In this document: in pieces, positions 6,403 through 10,199 of the stretch
How the letters are laid out: each line of letters opens with the position of its first letter
How positions within the stretch are numbered: position 1 is the stretch's first letter
Source of the DNA: Gemmatimonadales bacterium
GTDB lineage: Bacteria > Gemmatimonadota > Gemmatimonadetes > Gemmatimonadales > GWC2-71-9
DNA length: 10,199 bases
Direction: 5' to 3'
Assembly (NCBI GenBank): GCA_041577295.1
Contig: JBFGJG010000083.1
Location: 1 to 10,199 of the forward strand
Program-made: the position numbers and the translations under genes
The notes under the pieces: model-generated
Database searches by the model: none
The model's input: only the letters and a program-made list of their open reading frames with translations
What the model was told of the DNA's origin: nothing

Positions 6403-7569
6403 ATGACCGTTTCGAGGCGAAAGGCGATTCAGACGGCGTTTGCGGGTGTGCTGGGGGCGATGTGGGCTCCGTACGTCAATCTGAGCCGCTTCCGGCTGTT
6501 CCCAGGATCGGAGCAGGAGTATTCGGCTCGGGCGATACGCCTCATCGAAGAGTCTCTGGTCGTCGACATGCTAGCGCCGTTGACGCTGAATTTTCCGGCC
6601 GGCCGAGAGTGGCTGGCAAATCCGGACGTCTACCCGGATGAGGAAGCCCGGCGGTGGCAGGAGTCCGGGATCACGGCCATCCATCCTGCTCTGGGGATTG
6701 GCGGGCCGAATGCGAATGAGGATGTCACGGCATTTCTTCACGGACTGAATGGGTTGATGGCCAGCCGTGATGAGTTCGTCCGCATTGACAGCGCGGACGA
6801 TTTCGGCCGTGCCAAGTCGAGTGGTCGCGTCGGCATCGTGCTCGGTGTGCAAAACTCGGAACACTTCCGGACAGTGGACGACGTCGATCTGTTCCACAGT
6901 TTCGGTCAGCGCCTTTCCCAGCTCACCTACAACGCGCGCAACCTGATCGGAAACGGGTCAACCGAGCGCACCGACGGCGGGCTGAGTGACTTTGGCGTCC
7001 AGATCGTCGCGCGGATGAACGCGGTAGGAATGGCGGTGGATGTCTCCCACTGCGGAGATCAAACCACGCTCGATGCATTTGACGCGTCCACTAAACCCGT
7101 CCTGATCACGCACTCGAATTGCCGCTCCTTGGTGCCGGGGCATCCACGCTGTAAGACCGATGAAGCGATTCGGCGTATGGCGAGAACCGGGGGCGTCATG
7201 GGCATTACGGGTGTCCGCATGTTCGTTAAGAGCGACGAGCCGACTTCGCTCGACGACATGTTGAATCATTACGATCATGTTGCCAACCTCGTCGGCGTGG
7301 AACACGTAGGTATCGGAAGCGACATCGATCTCTATGGCTATGACGACATGCCCGCTGAGGAGAACGAACGTCTCCGAGCGGGCTACAAGGGGTCCTACGG
7401 CTTTCGTGACAAGATCGACATCGATGCGGTCGCCCACCCCAAACGCATGTACGATCTCACCGAAGGATTCATCAGGCGGAAGTACAGCGACGACATGATC
7501 CGAGCTGTTCTCGGTGCCAACTTCATCCGCGCCCTCACGGCGACCTGGGAGAAGGACGGTGAGGAGTGA
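6403..7569 (+). CDS. Peptidase M19-family protein with twin-arginine (Tat)-like signal peptide and altered metal ligands, 388 aa
   Basis: N-terminus MTVSRRKAIQTAFAGVLGAMWAP (SRR plus hydrophobic stretch). Family motifs QLTYNARNLIGNG, DGGLSDFG...RMNAVGMAVDVSH, ITHSN, HPRCKTDE, GGVMGI, GVEHVGIGSD, LGANFIR. GGAGG at 6388-6392. Confidence 0.9.
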   Translation: MTVSRRKAIQTAFAGVLGAMWAPYVNLSRFRLFPGSEQEYSARAIRLIEESLVVDMLAPLTLNFPAGREWLANPDVYPDEEARRWQESGITAIHPALGIGGPNANEDVTAFLHGLNGLMASRDEFVRIDSADDFGRAKSSGRVGIVLGVQNSEHFRTVDDVDLFHSFGQRLSQLTYNARNLIGNGSTERTDGGLSDFGVQIVARMNAVGMAVDVSHCGDQTTLDAFDASTKPVLITHSNCRSLVPGHPRCKTDEAIRRMARTGGVMGITGVRMFVKSDEPTSLDDMLNHYDHVANLVGVEHVGIGSDIDLYGYDDMPAEENERLRAGYKGSYGFRDKIDIDAVAHPKRMYDLTEGFIRRKYSDDMIRAVLGANFIRALTATWEKDGEE

Positions 7570-7594
7570 GTGGTGAGTAGGGAGTAGGCGGATG

Positions 7595-7617
7595 GGTGGG
7601 GAGCGGCTCTCCTCACC
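7595..7617. terminator. Possible hairpin between convergent genes; no U-tract, so terminator function is uncertain
   Basis: GGTGGGGAG-CGGCT-CTCCTCACC forms a 9 bp stem with one G:U pair on the + transcript, between the stops at 7569 and 7630. Confidence 0.35.
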
Positions 7618-7629
7618 GGTCCTGCGAGT

Positions 7630-10140
7630 TCAGCCGATATTCGTCCAGATCACGATCAAACCACATTCGGCATTCAAGCGGTTGAACTGTGCGGGCACCT
7701 CGGATGGACCCTGGTAGACCTCGATACCGACGAGGTCGTACGGATCGATTGTCTCGATTAACGAGGTGACCTCCTCGCCGGGCACCGCCCCGCCCAGCGG
7801 GAGCCCGTCGAGAATGATCATCGGCGGTTTCAACTCGGTTTTGCAGTTGGGGTTTGCTCGTCGAAAGAACAGGATGTCCTGTCGCCGACCGGTGAGGTCG
7901 ATACCCGGAAGGGTGCGCAGGAGATCGATCAATCGCGTCGCCATGCGGCTCTGGATGTCCTCCTGGGTGAGATACGTGCCGGCGCCCTTGCTGCGACGTT
8001 CGTAGAAACCTCTCAAGTAGGATGGTATGGCGACGGACTCGCCCTCCACGACGATCTCTTCCATGTTGATCGGCATCTGCGCAAGCGGAACGTTGAGCAC
8101 GACCGCGGCATCTTCACGTCCTACCTCGACATCGTAGGCGATCGGTTGAAAGCCCAGACGGCGGAAGTGGACGCGGTTGACTCCGCGGTTCCAGACGAGG
8201 GACGGAACGGCGAAGGTGCCATCTTGCTGAGTGGTCGTGGTGTCCTGTCCGTTTACGGTCACCAATACTTCGGGAATGGGCTCGGCTGTCTGCGCGTCGA
8301 CAACGATCCCGGAAAGGGCGATGCTTTCCTCCGCCGGATCGCCTGCGGCAGTGGGGTCGGCGTTGAGGTCGAGCCGCCAGCCTTGGTACGGCGCGGAGTG
8401 TATCTCGTCGTACGGGCGGCCCACCGGCTTGTCCCAGCCAAGGAGCAGCTGCGTGTCGTCCACCAACGGGAACAAGAGCGACGCGCGTTGACTGGCGAGA
8501 CCCGGCTGCTCAGTCCATACCTCCACCGGTCGGCCTACTGGGAGACCACAGATGACGTAGAACCCAGTGCCGTCGGCCGTCGCGACGCTTTTGATGTCGT
8601 CGGCGTTGAGCGCGGTGGGTGAAACCGTGATGCGTTGCCACACCGCATGGACCTTGGCTTTTGCAACGGGATTGCCGGTACGGCGCTCTCGGACCACGCC
8701 AAAGATCACCCGAGCCCCATACCGTGCTCCATCACCCACCGAGGGCGGGGTATCGGGGCAGAGCCGCGCTGCAACGCTGTCAGCGTGCGGTAGTCCGAAC
8801 CGCAATGTCAGGGCGGCGCCGCGCTCGAGCGCGACGGGGTAGTAGAGCGTCGCAATGCCGATCGTGTCGAGACGTGGGTGCTCGACGGCAAACGAGTAGT
8901 CGCCCGTGAATGGCGCTTCGAGCGTGAACGCCCCCTGCGCGTCGGTCACCGTAATGAGGTCGGTCCCCTCGAGCGTGATGCGAGCGCCTGGGAGGGGATC
9001 GCCTGTCGTGCTGTCGATGACCGTTCCGGCGATCCGTGCCATCGATGCCTTGAACACCGGCACCCCGCGGTGCGCGGAAATCTCGAACACCTCACCACCA
9101 GTGTCATAGAATGCGGTGACCTTGGCGCGGGGTCTGTCGTCGAGTAGCGGATCACCCCGCCGCCGTTCATAAGCGATTTGCGGGATTCGGATCTGCCACT
9201 CGCGCACGATCCATAAGCCGGAAGGCAGTTGCAGAAACCAGACGGTGCCCCCCACACGATCATCGGAGATCTGCCACGGCATGTTGGTGTAGCGGTACTC
9301 GAGTTCCTGCAACTCGGCCGAGCGAAGGTCCAGCCAAATGACTCCCCGTACCTCGGCCACACTGCGCCCCGGGGTCGGCTCGAACGCAAGCCCGATCAAT
9401 CCTTCGCGATCTTTGGCCCCACGCACGAGGTGGAAACAGTGGGTGTCGAGGAACGCGTCATCGAGCAGCACCTCGGCGTCGGGCGCGTAATACCACGTCT
9501 CACCACGTTGCTCCACCACAAAGCCGTGTTGCGCCAGGTTCTCTGCAGGCAAGCTGCTGAAGGGGCTACGTCGCATGGGTCCAGCCCGTGTCCGCACAGC
9601 CTCCGAGCGAACTCGCCGTCGGGATGCATCCATCTCCCGCTCGTAGATGAGAATGCGAGTCTGGTAGTTCTGCCGGGCGGTCCACTGGGCGGCTTCGAGG
9701 GCCTTGCGCACCTCTTCCCAGACGAGGGCGGTGGTCGTGTCTTCGGCGGGTCGCATGTCGCAACGCCGCTCGTCGCGGATCTCGATGGCGGCCAGCTCGA
9801 CCGGAATGGGGGTGACGCGAAAGACGACGTCGATCGTCCCGACACCCGTCAGATCAATGGGAGGTGATTCCGAGGCCCGGTAGCCGATGCGCTCCGAGCG
9901 AAGCCGGTACAAACCTGGAGCGCGTGCCACAACGGTGAACTCCCCGCCCGCGCCTACCAGCCCCCGCTCCACGATTGCATTCTGCGCGTCGATCAAGACG
10001 ACGAATCCACCCGGTACCGGCGACCCCGTGATGCTGTCGACTCGCTGCCCACGAATGGTCTGCGCCACCAGCGGCGTTGCGAGTAGCAACACGGCCAACG
10101 ACACGGCAAAGAGGCGAGTGAGGGGTGCGACAGCCAGCAT
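7630..10140 (-). CDS. Secreted protein with four carboxypeptidase-regulatory-like (beta-sandwich) repeats, an unassigned central domain and a C-terminal TonB-dependent-receptor plug-like domain (no barrel)
   Basis: Signal peptide MLAVAPLTRLFAVSLAVLLLATPLVA-Q. Repeats begin TIRGQRVDSITGSPVPG, RIAGTVIDSTTGDPLPGA, VIFGVVRERRTGNPVAKA and LSGIVVDAQTAEPIPEV. The C-terminus has plug-like motifs YLTQEDI...DLLRTLPGI...PMIILDG...IDPYDLVGIEVYQGP...CGLIVIWT, then stops. Start is ATG 10140 or TTG 10167. Confidence 0.85.
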   Translation of the reverse strand: MLAVAPLTRLFAVSLAVLLLATPLVAQTIRGQRVDSITGSPVPGGFVVLIDAQNAIVERGLVGAGGEFTVVARAPGLYRLRSERIGYRASESPPIDLTGVGTIDVVFRVTPIPVELAAIEIRDERRCDMRPAEDTTTALVWEEVRKALEAAQWTARQNYQTRILIYEREMDASRRRVRSEAVRTRAGPMRRSPFSSLPAENLAQHGFVVEQRGETWYYAPDAEVLLDDAFLDTHCFHLVRGAKDREGLIGLAFEPTPGRSVAEVRGVIWLDLRSAELQELEYRYTNMPWQISDDRVGGTVWFLQLPSGLWIVREWQIRIPQIAYERRRGDPLLDDRPRAKVTAFYDTGGEVFEISAHRGVPVFKASMARIAGTVIDSTTGDPLPGARITLEGTDLITVTDAQGAFTLEAPFTGDYSFAVEHPRLDTIGIATLYYPVALERGAALTLRFGLPHADSVAARLCPDTPPSVGDGARYGARVIFGVVRERRTGNPVAKAKVHAVWQRITVSPTALNADDIKSVATADGTGFYVICGLPVGRPVEVWTEQPGLASQRASLLFPLVDDTQLLLGWDKPVGRPYDEIHSAPYQGWRLDLNADPTAAGDPAEESIALSGIVVDAQTAEPIPEVLVTVNGQDTTTTQQDGTFAVPSLVWNRGVNRVHFRRLGFQPIAYDVEVGREDAAVVLNVPLAQMPINMEEIVVEGESVAIPSYLRGFYERRSKGAGTYLTQEDIQSRMATRLIDLLRTLPGIDLTGRRQDILFFRRANPNCKTELKPPMIILDGLPLGGAVPGEEVTSLIETIDPYDLVGIEVYQGPSEVPAQFNRLNAECGLIVIWTNIG

Positions 10141-10170
10141 GACAGTGTCTTTGGAAACTAATGGCAACCG

Positions 10171-10199
10171 GAGGTTGAGGGAGGAGGGAGGAGGGGTGG
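10171..10199 (+). repeat. Purine-rich heptamer tandem repeat (AGGGAGG-like), possibly continuing beyond the window
   Basis: GAGGTTG AGGGAGG AGGGAGG AGGGGTG G. Confidence 0.5.

Noticed and set aside
7630..10167. Annotation as a complete TonB-dependent receptor, a carboxypeptidase, or a pseudogene
   Set aside because: No barrel, no recognisable peptidase catalytic domain, and no frameshift or downstream remnant; the ORF is intact and ends cleanly after the plug-like domain.
1..10199. CRISPR array, tRNA/rRNA, transposase/integrase, phage or defence genes
   Set aside because: No regularly spaced long repeats, RNA-gene signatures or matching protein motifs seen; six CDSs account for nearly all the sequence and the other listed short ORFs are overlapping shadows.

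Overview
GC-rich bacterial chromosomal window with six protein-coding genes. I see no RNA genes, CRISPR arrays or mobile elements. Gene order: a 5'-truncated helical + SH3b-domain protein (+); a convergent membrane diguanylate cyclase (dCache-HAMP-GGDEF, -); a class A penicillin-binding protein of PBP1B type with a UB2H-like domain (-); two divergently transcribed, tandem peptidase M19 (renal dipeptidase/amidohydrolase) homologues (+), one apparently cytoplasmic and one with a Tat-like signal and a degenerate metal site; and a convergent secreted protein (-) with four carboxypeptidase-regulatory-like repeats, an unassigned central domain and a C-terminal TonB-receptor plug-like domain with no beta-barrel. 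That last architecture suggests a Gemmatimonadota-like host (inference). The region looks like ordinary envelope-related core/accessory genome, and I cannot support a clear-cut novel system. Best leads: the barrel-less plug protein and its central domain, the asymmetric M19 pair beside PBP1B, and a family of purine-rich 7-9 nt intergenic repeats.
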